Shown here: positions 17,341 through 24,782 of the stretch, in pieces
Layout: the number at the start of each line of letters is the position of its first letter
Position numbering within the stretch: the stretch's first letter is position 1
Position numbers and translations under genes: made by a program
The notes under the pieces: generated by a model
Told to the model about the DNA's origin: nothing
The model's database searches: none
The model's input: only the letters and a program-made list of their open reading frames with translations
IMG/VR virus record: IMGVR_UViG_3300021057_000017
Span: 1-44,248 of that record
Source: a virus
Strand: one strand, 5' to 3'
DNA length: 44,248 nucleotides

Positions 17341-17561
17341 GGCGTGTCAAACTCCGAACCCTGGAAAGTCCTCTTGATGCAGAAGTGTTTAGCCGTCTCT
17401 GCCAGGCCCGTCGCGGCTACTGAGCCTCCATGAAAGTTCACCTCGACCACCGGATCTCCGGCATCCTCGTGTTTCAGGGTTACTATTAACGCGGTACTTG
17501 ACCTCTGGTAAATCTCTTGTCTTAAGTCCTCAATCGGCACAAGGGACAAGTCAATGCTCAT
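17337..17561 (-). CDS. Hypothetical protein
   Basis: 74-aa track ORF, preceded by repeated regulatory element copy A. Confidence 0.55.
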   Translation of the reverse strand: MSIDLSLVPIEDLRQEIYQRSSTALIVTLKHEDAGDPVVEVNFHGGSVAATGLAETAKHFCIKRTFQGSEFDTP

Positions 17562-17612
17562 TAGGTATTTCCTTCTGTATTTAGTACAGCTTGATTCTGT
17601 ATATCTATCATG
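17562..17612 (-). promoter_or_regulatory. Repeated regulatory element, copy A (palindrome CTGTATTTAGTACAG at 17575-17589)
   Basis: The minus strand reads CATGAtAGATATAcagaatcaagCTGTAcTaAATACAGAAgGAAatACCTAATG. It is about 75% identical to copy B and sits in the same position relative to the ATG. Confidence 0.6.
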
Positions 17613-17634
17613 GGGGCGCTTGAGTTATTTGGCA

Positions 17635-17928
17635 TCAGTGGCACCGACAGTTGCATTTAGGTTCCTGAATTTCTTCTGGGGCGTGATTTAATAACTCCAA
17701 GAAAAGCGTCCTATGGCCTGGACATAAACCGCTCCACTCTCGGCCTACCTGATTAGCGCTGAACATGCATTTGAGCGGGTTATTCTTGTCCATGTGGTTG
17801 TATTCCGCGCCTTTAGAATCCTGGCAGTTTGGCAAAAACGGTCCTGAGTAAAAATTACGGGCCAGATCATGGTTAAAGATTTGCTTTAAAAGTGTGCTTG
17901 CCTTCTTAGCCCAGACTACGAGTTCCAT
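17635..17928 (-). CDS. Hypothetical protein with Cys/His-rich C-terminus
   Basis: The start is taken at the internal Met with AAGGAGAGAGGG upstream. The track ORF extends to 17964. C-terminus KCNCRCH. Confidence 0.5.
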   Translation of the reverse strand: MELVVWAKKASTLLKQIFNHDLARNFYSGPFLPNCQDSKGAEYNHMDKNNPLKCMFSANQVGREWSGLCPGHRTLFLELLNHAPEEIQEPKCNCRCH

Positions 17929-17960
17929 CCCTCTCTCCTTCCCTCCGTCTTGGGGTGGGG

Positions 17961-18101
17961 TCATGGCTGGAATCCAACGCCTTCTTCAGGCATAGATTTA
18001 TTACCGCTTTTCTCAAACCTCTCAAAGCACCTTAAGTGTTCAGACTTTTGAACACACTGATAGCAGTAACCGACAAGTCCATGTTCACATTCCTTACTCA
18101 T
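17961..18101 (-). CDS. Cys-rich microprotein (46 aa)
   Basis: MSKECEHGLVGYCYQCVQKSEHLRCFERFEKSGNKSMPEEGVGFQP, with AGGAGAGGG upstream and ATGA overlaps. Confidence 0.45.
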   Translation of the reverse strand: MSKECEHGLVGYCYQCVQKSEHLRCFERFEKSGNKSMPEEGVGFQP

Positions 18102-18271
18102 TCACCCTCTCCTTTTTGGTGCGTGATCTTAAACACTTCAAGTCCTCCGGTAAGATAGCCTTCGAGTCTATCTAGTGCCGACTTCGTAAGACTCTCCCGT
18201 GTCAGATTCTTTACTGCTTTCACCTGGATGAGTGCGCCTTCGATGAACGATTTGAATCTAGGTTCGGTCAT
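18098..18271 (-). CDS. Hypothetical protein (57 aa)
   Basis: MTEPRFKSFIEGALIQVKAVKNLTRESLTKSALDRLEGYLTGGLEVFKITHQKGEGE, preceded by regulatory element copy B. Confidence 0.5.
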   Translation of the reverse strand: MTEPRFKSFIEGALIQVKAVKNLTRESLTKSALDRLEGYLTGGLEVFKITHQKGEGE

Positions 18272-18322
18272 TAGGTGATTCTTTCTGTATTGAATACAGT
18301 TATATTAGATATATCCTTCATG
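18272..18322 (-). promoter_or_regulatory. Repeated regulatory element, copy B (palindrome CTGTATTGAATACAG at 18285-18299)
   Basis: The minus strand reads CATGAagGATATAtctaatataaCTGTAtTcAATACAGAAaGAAtcACCTAATG. Confidence 0.6.
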
Positions 18323-18780
18323 GTGCCCTCTAGGCCGGGCGGGCCTAAAACTTGGGGTCTGCAGAGTCGAACTGCTCTTGCGGAATCACATCCGCTGTGC
18401 TCGGTCAACCTCCCGTTACACTAAGACCCGGATTCCTTCTGTAACTTAGTGTCAGCCGTCGCCATGACTGACTCTCGGATTTTATGAGCGCCCATCATCT
18501 AGTGTCTGGCTTATTTCCTCTAGACTACTTGGCATCCGATTTCCGCCTTCCTGTTCTCTCTGGTGGACCGAACCCACCTTCATATGCGAGAACGTCAGCG
18601 GCACAACTTACTGACTAGGCAGGACTGGCTACCTGCATGAGGTGTCTGTTCCGTGCTCTTTTTCGTTTCAGGGCAGTGTCCTTACTCCTACTTATCAGCA
18701 TCGACCACCTCGTAGGCCCGGATTTAACGGATTCTACGCGTCTTGGGTTACGTTCCCTTCCGCCACTAGTCATTCTTTTC
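18323..18780 (-). other. ORF-free, hairpin-rich island (candidate structured ncRNA and/or replication origin)
   Basis: All three minus frames are broken by stops. The island holds many 5-8 bp GC stems, four copies of CGGATT plus variants, two 22-nt hairpins of the form GTCAGC-N10-ACTGAC, and a degenerate third copy of the operator element at 18433-18455. Confidence 0.5.
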
Positions 18781-19059
18781 CTAATCCTTTGTGCGCTTAA
18801 AGTGGTCTTCTGCGATCCTTGCCAGACCTTCGTACATATCGCTTCCAGCGTAAGGAAGATATTCTCGGAACTTCTGAGCCAACGTCTTCTCCTTCGGTCT
18901 AGGTGTGCCGCAGATGGGGCAGAGGTTCCAACTTGTCGTTAGATATGTCACGCTATCCTCATCTTTAAATCTGTAATCCGGCTTGCACATGGGACTGTAC
19001 TGACCATATTCAATGTGTTTGCACCATTGTTCTTTTCTGTTGAAAGACAGGTCAATCAT
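18781..19059 (-). CDS. Hypothetical zinc-ribbon-containing protein
   Basis: 92-aa track ORF with AAGGAG upstream and a CPIC motif. Confidence 0.55.
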   Translation of the reverse strand: MIDLSFNRKEQWCKHIEYGQYSPMCKPDYRFKDEDSVTYLTTSWNLCPICGTPRPKEKTLAQKFREYLPYAGSDMYEGLARIAEDHFKRTKD

Positions 19060-19094
19060 GTAGTCTCCTTGGGGCGTTCAGACGCCACGCGGGT

Positions 19095-19364
19095 TTAAAC
19101 CTGAACCCGCGCACGTATCGACTGTATGCGCTGAATCAGTCCCGAGAGTCTAAACACAATCTCTGATGCTGGCGCGCTTGGATCACAAGCCAGTTTTTTC
19201 TCCGTATCAGGAGTAAGGACAGGCCGAAGTGCTTGCTCAAGCGTTTGTAGTTCCTGATAGGCCGCCTCTATAAGCTCGAACGCAATAGATGGTGCTAATG
19301 GCTGAACAGCCTCGCATGTTGCAGTTAATCCGTTTACGGGTCTTCCGTATCCGACTGTGTTCAT
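19095..19364 (-). CDS. Hypothetical protein
   Basis: 89-aa track ORF. An 8-bp hairpin (cgcgggtt/aacccgcg, 19088-19111) overlaps its 3' end. Confidence 0.5.
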   Translation of the reverse strand: MNTVGYGRPVNGLTATCEAVQPLAPSIAFELIEAAYQELQTLEQALRPVLTPDTEKKLACDPSAPASEIVFRLSGLIQRIQSIRARVQV

Positions 19365-19559
19365 TCACTCCTCCTTGTTAAATATCGCGCACCCAACACC
19401 CGCCCTCTCGCACTCCATCATTACCCTAGCTTTATAAAGTGCCTCTAAATTCAATCTTCCGCTTACGTCCTTTGTTTTCCTCTGAAAAACAGAACTACCA
19501 AGACCAGAAAAATCAGATAACACGCGAACCACATCGCTTCTCCTAGTTGAACATCCCAT
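19365..19559 (-). CDS. Hypothetical protein
   Basis: 64-aa track ORF abutting 19364. Confidence 0.45.
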   Translation of the reverse strand: MGCSTRRSDVVRVLSDFSGLGSSVFQRKTKDVSGRLNLEALYKARVMMECERAGVGCAIFNKEE

Positions 19560-19992
19560 TTAATTGACACGTTATTTGTTCCAGCTCTTCAAGTGTCCAT
19601 TTCTTCGGTTGTGCGCGTTTCTCGAAAAGATAATCAAACGTCTCGCGCCCTTCCCGGTCTATGACAACTGCCGCAATCTTCTCAGCCGCCCCATGCCAGC
19701 CATTCGCTTTTGCTTGATTAAGCCCATTACAAACAAGTGTTCCGTTTCTAGGGTCTAGGAATGTCCAGGAGTGGGTGCGCGTCCTGCAATGATCGGCTTG
19801 CTTTGGGAGTGCGCACGACGGACCGTGAACCTGGCAGATCCCCTTATCGCGCCTATAAATTGCCTGTTTCCATGCTTCCTCTGCGGCTTTTAGGGCCTGA
19901 TCGAGGAGCGATTTTCTCGATCTTTTCTTTTTGAGAGGCTTTCTTTTCTTAATCGCGCCCCCAGGATGCCCTTTTTTACGCATTAGAGCCAT
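19543..19992 (-). CDS. NinG/Rap-like protein (putative structure-specific nuclease)
   Basis: 149 aa with a basic N-terminus. CQVHGPSC...ADHCRTRTHSWTFLDPRNGTLVCNGLN recalls the Cys/His core of lambda NinG-family proteins. This is a weak call made from memory. Confidence 0.4.
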   Translation of the reverse strand: MALMRKKGHPGGAIKKRKPLKKKRSRKSLLDQALKAAEEAWKQAIYRRDKGICQVHGPSCALPKQADHCRTRTHSWTFLDPRNGTLVCNGLNQAKANGWHGAAEKIAAVVIDREGRETFDYLFEKRAQPKKWTLEELEQITCQLNGMFN

Positions 19993-20254
19993 TTCTAGGC
20001 CCCTTTCTCGTCTGGAACGATCGTTCTATCAGACTTGGCGACAAAAAGAAGTCTAGAGGCTGTTTTAGAACCCTTGCAATAATCAGCATCTCGCCGATAT
20101 CAGGCTCGGTTTCTCCACCTTCGTACCGAATCCATGTCTGCCTGGATAACTCAAGCCCCTCGCTGTAAAGCTCTAGGACTGTCTTTTCCTGGCTCCAACC
20201 AAGGGTTGCTCTGGCATCTTTCAGACGCTTGCAATTAAACCGCTTCACGCGCAC
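19976..20254 (-). CDS. XRE/Cro-type helix-turn-helix regulator
   Basis: 92 aa. LKDARATLGWSQEKTVLELYSEGLELSRQTWIRYEGGETEPDIGEMLIIARVLKQPLDFF is a typical HTH_3 layout. Confidence 0.7.
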   Translation of the reverse strand: MRVKRFNCKRLKDARATLGWSQEKTVLELYSEGLELSRQTWIRYEGGETEPDIGEMLIIARVLKQPLDFFLSPSLIERSFQTRKGPRNGSNA

Positions 20255-20640
20255 CCCTCGAATTGTCTTAGTCTTTCGTTTATTTTTTGGTGCGACAAAA
20301 AGTCGCCCTCGGGTATGTCTTTCTTGGCGTCTTTCAGCCAGTGGATCTTTGCGGCGTTTGAGTTCTCAGCTTGGCGGCAGGCCTTGAAATACGCCGAAAT
20401 CGCCTCATCATTGCCGATTTTTAGCTTCTGCTCCTGACTCAGCCTGTCATACCCATCCATCGCCGTAGGTCGAGTAGGCTTGTACTCAGGTACAACCTCG
20501 CAAAAAACCTCGTCCTGGAGAAGCATGTAAGCCATTTCTCGGTTTAGCTCGGCCTCCGTGATTTTGCCCTTGAGAAACAGGTCGAGTTGCTTGGTGCAGA
20601 GTTTTGCGATCTCGGTTTTTGCTTCAGGCATGACGAGCAT
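20245..20640 (-). CDS. Hypothetical protein
   Basis: 131-aa track ORF, coupled to the replication-organizer-like gene. Confidence 0.5.
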   Translation of the reverse strand: MLVMPEAKTEIAKLCTKQLDLFLKGKITEAELNREMAYMLLQDEVFCEVVPEYKPTRPTAMDGYDRLSQEQKLKIGNDEAISAYFKACRQAENSNAAKIHWLKDAKKDIPEGDFLSHQKINERLRQFEGCA

Positions 20641-21400
20641 TTTTGGCCTCCATTCGGGCGAGAATTGCCGCCGCTCCTGTGAGATTTGACGGGCCGCCCC
20701 CCTCGTCCTCCCAACCTTTCGCGTTAAGCCAGGTCGCGGGGTAGGGGATAAACCTACCGCCGTCTCGTAGCCACTCCGCCGAAGTCTTGGCCTGCTCTAC
20801 CGCACGTAGAATGCGGTCTTGGAGCTGCTCGTTCGGGGCTATGGCTCTCCAGGCTTTCTCGGCCTGGCCTTTGCTTTTACGCTTTGGGTACGAAGACCAA
20901 AAACTCTCAAACCCTTGGGGGGTAGGGGGGTGTTCTTTTGGTTTGGTTAGGTTAGGTAAGGTTAGGTTATGTAGGGTCGCCTTTAGGTCGCCATTAGGTC
21001 GCCAATCTCCTCTTTTCGTATGTTCTTGTGTTTGCCCATACTTACGTCCATGTTTTGCCCAGATCATTTTCAGCTTTTTTTTGTAGTGCGAAGAATATTT
21101 TTTGATGAGGTACTTGCCTGCGTAATCAACCCAATCGTGAATTAAGCCGTTTTTGGTGATGAGATAAGCGGCCTTTAAATGCTCCAAAAGGGTGTCCGGC
21201 GGGATGTTTTTATCAAGCCTTGAAAGATACTGATCTGGGCTAAAACGGCTTAGATCGCCGTCCTCTGCGTACTGTAGCGCCCACCACCAAAGCCTCATTA
21301 ACTTCCCTATTGCCTCGTCCTGGTTCCAATTAGTTAAAGCGCAAATCCTTACCAGTTTTGGATGTTCTTCTAGGCTTTGATGAGATTCAATCCATGCCAT
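20624..21400 (-). CDS. Replication initiation/organizer-like protein
   Basis: 258 aa. The N-terminus is WIESHQSLEEHPKLVRICALTNW...LMRLWWWALQYAEDGDL. The C-terminal block FESFWSSYPKRKSKGQAEKAW...GGRFIPYPATWLNAKGWEDE is a pattern common in phage replication proteins. Confidence 0.5.
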   Translation of the reverse strand: MAWIESHQSLEEHPKLVRICALTNWNQDEAIGKLMRLWWWALQYAEDGDLSRFSPDQYLSRLDKNIPPDTLLEHLKAAYLITKNGLIHDWVDYAGKYLIKKYSSHYKKKLKMIWAKHGRKYGQTQEHTKRGDWRPNGDLKATLHNLTLPNLTKPKEHPPTPQGFESFWSSYPKRKSKGQAEKAWRAIAPNEQLQDRILRAVEQAKTSAEWLRDGGRFIPYPATWLNAKGWEDEGGGPSNLTGAAAILARMEAKNARHA

Positions 21401-21690
21401 CCGTGCGCTCTCCGATATTCAGCCCAGTTAAAGTTTTCAGCACCTTTACTCGTATTGCAGAACGCGCACAACGGTTGCAGGTTATCTACTCCGTCACTAC
21501 CCCCCTGATAAATTGGAATTATGTGATCTTTGAATAAGAAGTATTCGTCGGTGCCACAGCGAACGCACCGCCCGAACTCGGCTTTCAGGGCTTCCCACTG
21601 CTCTTTAGTGTGAGAGCCTTTCTTCCTGGCGGCGTCTAATCTCCTCTTTCTTTTTCTTTGGTTCAACCGCTTCAAATCGGATTCGTACAC
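21370..21690 (-). CDS. HNH endonuclease
   Basis: CVRCG...DHIIPIYQGGSDGVDNLQPLCAFCNTSKG is a canonical HNH beta-beta-alpha-metal motif. Confidence 0.85.
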   Translation of the reverse strand: MYESDLKRLNQRKRKRRLDAARKKGSHTKEQWEALKAEFGRCVRCGTDEYFLFKDHIIPIYQGGSDGVDNLQPLCAFCNTSKGAENFNWAEYRRAHGWHGLNLIKA

Positions 21691-21740
21691 TAGTTAGCCT
21701 TCTTAAAAAAATTGTTTAAATTTAAGGAGCAAAAAAAATC

Positions 21741-21956
21741 TTAAAACAGCGAAAGCTGACGTTCTTGCGGTACAAGCTGATACCAATGCTTCCTGTGGTC
21801 CTCCTTGTCCTGGAAGCTTTCAATCTGGTAGCCCTTTTGTTTAAGCTCTGAGATCCTAGCGGCGTACCGGATCATTCCGGTCTTTTCGTGAATCTCGAAG
21901 TTTGAGTGAGGCTTACGATCAAAGAGAAGATCAAGCAACTTCTGCTTCTGTGTCAC
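21741..21956 (-). CDS. Winged-helix DNA-binding protein (71 aa)
   Basis: GTG start with GGAGG 6 nt upstream. IRYAARISELKQKGYQIES is a common wHTH pattern. The long track version 21741..22112 has an implausible N-terminus overlapping 21931..22176. Confidence 0.5.
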   Translation of the reverse strand: MTQKQKLLDLLFDRKPHSNFEIHEKTGMIRYAARISELKQKGYQIESFQDKEDHRKHWYQLVPQERQLSLF

Positions 21957-22176
21957 CGAACACCTCCGTGTATATGGCTTGCAGGCGTTGAATCTCCTCC
22001 CAGGAAATAAGATCAATAAGCTTGATTTCTCTGAGAGACTTCGGATCGCTCTTGTCGTAGTAGCCGTCCATGTACTCCATGAGATAACCGATAAAGCTCC
22101 GGTCTCGCGCACTCAAAGAGTCAAACTTCTTAGATTCGCGCACCTCGAAAACCTTGTCAGCCAACGTTTTCTTCAT
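21931..22176 (-). CDS. Hypothetical acidic protein
   Basis: 81-aa track ORF. Confidence 0.5.
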   Translation of the reverse strand: MKKTLADKVFEVRESKKFDSLSARDRSFIGYLMEYMDGYYDKSDPKSLREIKLIDLISWEEIQRLQAIYTEVFGDTEAEVA

Positions 22177-22570
22177 AACGAGTGCTCCCGAATTTAGCCT
22201 CCCAAGTTTCCCTCATCGCCTTAAGTTCTAAGCCGATCCTAGATAGGGCGGAGGCAATAGCCGTGAGTTGGAGATCTAAATTTGAGCCATTGCCGTTTAG
22301 AGTCACCGTTGGGGCCGTAGGCAACTTAACTTCCGTGGCACCTAAGATTCTCTTTGCCGCAGGCACCCCACCGGACTCCTTAAGAGCCTGCTTTACCCCT
22401 TTATCAGAGCGCGAATTGATAATCGCGTTCGCTTCATCCACGATCTTTTGATTAGACGCGCCCCATTTAGGATCGTGGACATCGGTGTTTTGGACGAGCC
22501 AGAATAGATAGTCCGTCGGGCACTCCGACATATCTTTGCCCTTGTACTTTCCGAATTTGACGATAGACAT
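22157..22570 (-). CDS. Hypothetical protein with FGKYKGK..YLxWL N-terminal motif
   Basis: 137 aa. IVKFGKYKGKDMSECPTDYLFWLV is a motif frequent in phage proteins (DUF3820-like, recalled from memory). Confidence 0.5.
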   Translation of the reverse strand: MSIVKFGKYKGKDMSECPTDYLFWLVQNTDVHDPKWGASNQKIVDEANAIINSRSDKGVKQALKESGGVPAAKRILGATEVKLPTAPTVTLNGNGSNLDLQLTAIASALSRIGLELKAMRETWEAKFGSTRYEENVG

Positions 22571-22579
22571 TTTCTCTCC

Positions 22580-22771
22580 TTATCCGATGTAAACGGGTTG
22601 TGTGATGTGCGAGTTGACCATGATCTTTGTTTTGCCGACTGTGACGGGCACATAGCCGTTAATTGGTGACTTGATTTCAGCCACAACCTTAATATTCGAG
22701 GTGCCAAGTTTCTTGCGCCTCATGTACTCACGCATATAAAGAACTTTCTTTGACGGTCTGACTCGTTTCAT
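22580..22771 (-). CDS. Hypothetical basic protein (63 aa)
   Basis: Internal Met of track ORF 22580..22960 with AAGGGGGA upstream. The longer form overlaps the nuclease gene. Confidence 0.45.
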   Translation of the reverse strand: MKRVRPSKKVLYMREYMRRKKLGTSNIKVVAEIKSPINGYVPVTVGKTKIMVNSHITQPVYIG

Positions 22772-22835
22772 ACATCCCCCTTTTCTTCTGTTTGCCAGTA
22801 AGACATCATTTCCCACTCTTTGTATGTCGGTTCCA

Positions 22836-23594
22836 TTAGAGGCCGAACCTCGCCTTAAACGCGCCCCGATCCAAAAGAAACGCCTCCCAACCAAGCTGGA
22901 AGTTATCGGATTTAAGATCGAGAACTTCGAGGACGCACTTTTTAAGATCGAAAATTGCAAGCTGATCGACTTTGATGTCGCACTTCTGATAAGCGATTAA
23001 CTGCCGCCACTTCCAAGAGCCTGTTTTCCAATCGGCTAAGGTCGGTTTGCCATCGACGGCGCAAATAATGTCAATCGCGCCAGAATACATATAGCGTTCG
23101 TTAAAGACTTCCCTTTGGCGTTCGCACGAAGCAAAATCAATACGCTTGCCGAACTTTTCAAAAAACTCTTTGTATCTCACATCCTCGAACTTCAAGTTTT
23201 TAAGTGAAACGGTAGGCTTCTCCCATTTACCCGAATCAATAAAGACATTGATGAGCCGTTCAACCTCGGTGCCACGAAGCCCATACTCAGGATCGCCCGT
23301 ATAAGGCTCTGGATTAATGATGGAGGTTACGGAAGGGTAGTTTTTGCCGTCTTTTTGGCGCACCCTGAGATCCGCTAAAGACGCCTTGATTTTGCCCCAC
23401 TCGGCATCAGCCCTTTCGTCTATACGCGCCTTTAAAGCGTCATACTCACGCTTTTCGATTTCTAGAACTTCGGCAGGCGTCTCGCCGTTTAGCTCAAGCG
23501 TGACCTTCTCATGCCACATAGGGGCATCTTGCTCGTAGTTGCCTTTGTTGAACTTTAAAGACCGTCCGTAATTAAGCTCTAGTGTTCGTTTCAC
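22836..23594 (-). CDS. PD-(D/E)XK-family exonuclease-like recombination protein
   Basis: 252 aa. YSGAIDIICAVDGKPTLADWKTG fits a D...(D/E)xK nuclease core. Confidence 0.55.
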   Translation of the reverse strand: MKRTLELNYGRSLKFNKGNYEQDAPMWHEKVTLELNGETPAEVLEIEKREYDALKARIDERADAEWGKIKASLADLRVRQKDGKNYPSVTSIINPEPYTGDPEYGLRGTEVERLINVFIDSGKWEKPTVSLKNLKFEDVRYKEFFEKFGKRIDFASCERQREVFNERYMYSGAIDIICAVDGKPTLADWKTGSWKWRQLIAYQKCDIKVDQLAIFDLKKCVLEVLDLKSDNFQLGWEAFLLDRGAFKARFGL

Positions 23595-23929
23595 ATGCCC
23601 CCCTTAAAATCCTCTTCGTAATCTGGGCCGATGGAATTAAAGTCCTCGGCCAGATAGTCCTGGAAATCCAGTTGTATGTCGTATAACTCTGGAACGTCTT
23701 TATTCATCACGCCCCTGACGTAATTCCAGGCCGCATCGCCGCACTCTTCAGGACAAAGAGGAAGGCGCACAAAACCACTTTCGGCGTAGTTACAAATCCG
23801 CTCCCACGCGCTAGAGTGGCGCACCAAGAAACACTCTAAAAGCCCATCCTTTGTTTCCTCATCAAGATCAATGAGCCAATCCCCAAAATCTCTTTTGGGC
23901 GCAAAGTTAATCATTGAGGCACCGTTCAA
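23591..23929 (-). CDS. Hypothetical acidic protein
   Basis: 112-aa track ORF with an ATGA overlap. Confidence 0.5.
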   Translation of the reverse strand: MNGASMINFAPKRDFGDWLIDLDEETKDGLLECFLVRHSSAWERICNYAESGFVRLPLCPEECGDAAWNYVRGVMNKDVPELYDIQLDFQDYLAEDFNSIGPDYEEDFKGGM

Positions 23930-24104
23930 ATTGAGCGTTCATGTTCTTAACGCTGTCAACGTAGCCTGAGACATAAGACGCCCGGCAAAACTCATGTTCA
24001 AACGGTGTCAGCGGCGCACCCTTAATCTGTTCAAGAGTCTCTTTCCACGCGCCCCACTTGGAAGAAAGTTCTTTCTCAAGCTCATTTTGTAAGTACATTT
24101 TCAA
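23907..24104 (-). CDS. Hypothetical protein
   Basis: 65-aa track ORF. Confidence 0.45.
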   Translation of the reverse strand: MKMYLQNELEKELSSKWGAWKETLEQIKGAPLTPFEHEFCRASYVSGYVDSVKNMNAQFERCLND

Positions 24105-24246
24105 TCTCCTGTCTTAAGTGTTCGGCAAGGTGATACGCCACCGTCTTTTCAAACCATAAAATCTCAGGCAGAAGCGAGTACCACTTGGGCTTATGGATGA
24201 AGGATTCCCGGCATGACTCGCAGTAGTAATAGAGGAAGGCTTTCAT
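24082..24246 (-). CDS. Hypothetical microprotein (54 aa)
   Basis: MKAFLYYYCESCRESFIHKPKWYSLLPEILWFEKTVAYHLAEHLRQEIENVLTK, with an ATGA overlap to the RlpA-like gene. Confidence 0.35.
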   Translation of the reverse strand: MKAFLYYYCESCRESFIHKPKWYSLLPEILWFEKTVAYHLAEHLRQEIENVLTK

Positions 24247-24620
24247 TTGACACGCTCAATGGAGATAGGAATGATGCCGTCTTTTAAGTTGGCAATACGG
24301 GAAAAGGCGGCCTTAGAAAGGTCCACAGCGCGGCCCTTGGCAACAAGCCGCCGGGCAGGGCCAAGGTCGTTATGGCGCACCAAGACTGACTTTTTATTCT
24401 TAAGGTTAGTTACTCGGTAGATACCGCCGAAGTGGCGGGAAGGAAGGGCGCAGGTAAGATCGTTCTCGTTGAAGCGTTCGCCAGAGGCCGTATAGACGCC
24501 AGAAGTCCCCTCGCGCCTACATGACTCATAAGTGTAGTAAGAGGCAGTTAAAGTCCTCGCCTCTACATTCGCGCACAAACTAAGCGCAACTAAGCCTAAC
24601 CAAGCGTATTTCAGTCGCAT
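24243..24620 (-). CDS. RlpA-like double-psi beta-barrel lytic transglycosylase with signal peptide
   Basis: The signal is MRLKYAWLGLVALSLCANVEA. ASYYTYE...GVYTASGERFNENDLTCALPSRHFGG..RVTNLKNKKSVLVRHNDLGP..GRAVDLSKAAFSRI matches the RlpA/DPBB consensus (ASWYG..TASGE.....LTAAH..LP.G..V.VTN..NGRSV.VRVNDRGP...R.IDLS.AA). Confidence 0.8.
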   Translation of the reverse strand: MRLKYAWLGLVALSLCANVEARTLTASYYTYESCRREGTSGVYTASGERFNENDLTCALPSRHFGGIYRVTNLKNKKSVLVRHNDLGPARRLVAKGRAVDLSKAAFSRIANLKDGIIPISIERVK

Positions 24621-24782
24621 TGAGCCCCTTTCTCAATGCTTCTGAATCCAGCTAGGTCTTAAGAGACTTTATAGTCTAATCTGACCTAACTTTTTAACAC
24701 GCCTAATGTACGTTATGTCAGGTTGCCCATAGGGGCCGCTAACAGGACGTATTCAGGCGGGATGATTCAGAAGCAAAAAAGA

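Noticed and set aside
17575-17589. The CTGT...ACAG palindromes as LexA SOS boxes.
   Set aside because: The spacing is CTGT-N7-ACAG (15 bp), not the gammaproteobacterial CTGT-N8-ACAG (16 bp). The host is unknown. The sites are treated as phage operators only.
18331-18420. Possible tRNA or tRNA-like gene on the minus strand. The evidence was a T-loop-like GCAG-TTCGACT-CTGC, an anticodon-arm-like GCGGA-TGTGAT-TCCGC, and a GAGGGCACCA sequence.
   Set aside because: The T stem has only 4 bp. The would-be anticodon loop has 6 nt rather than 7. There are 40 nt between the T arm and the CCA-like end. No 7-bp acceptor stem can be drawn. At most it is a tRNA-derived relic; it is folded into the non-coding-island finding instead.
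18421-18730. Resemblance to bacterial RNase P RNA conserved regions in the correct order and spacing on the minus strand: AAATCCGGGCCTACGAGG (cf. CR-I), CTAGATGATGG (cf. CR-IV) and ACAGAAGGAATCCGGGTCTTAG (cf. CR-V).
   Set aside because: The two CCGGG-containing segments are direct repeats, not complements, so the essential P4 helix cannot form beyond the CCGG palindrome. I could find no P1/P2 pairing partners. The similarity is judged coincidental unless a covariance-model scan says otherwise.
18637-18942. 101-aa plus-strand ORF spanning the non-coding island and the 3' part of 18781..19059.
   Set aside because: It is Leu/Arg/Ser-rich, has no RBS and overlaps a better minus-strand gene. It is considered spurious.
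21741-22960. Long versions of track ORFs 21741..22112, 22393..22707 and 22580..22960.
   Set aside because: Their N-terminal extensions overlap better-supported genes in other frames and lack RBSs. Internal starts with good RBSs (21956 and 22771) give compact, sensible proteins. 22393..22707 lies entirely within other genes.
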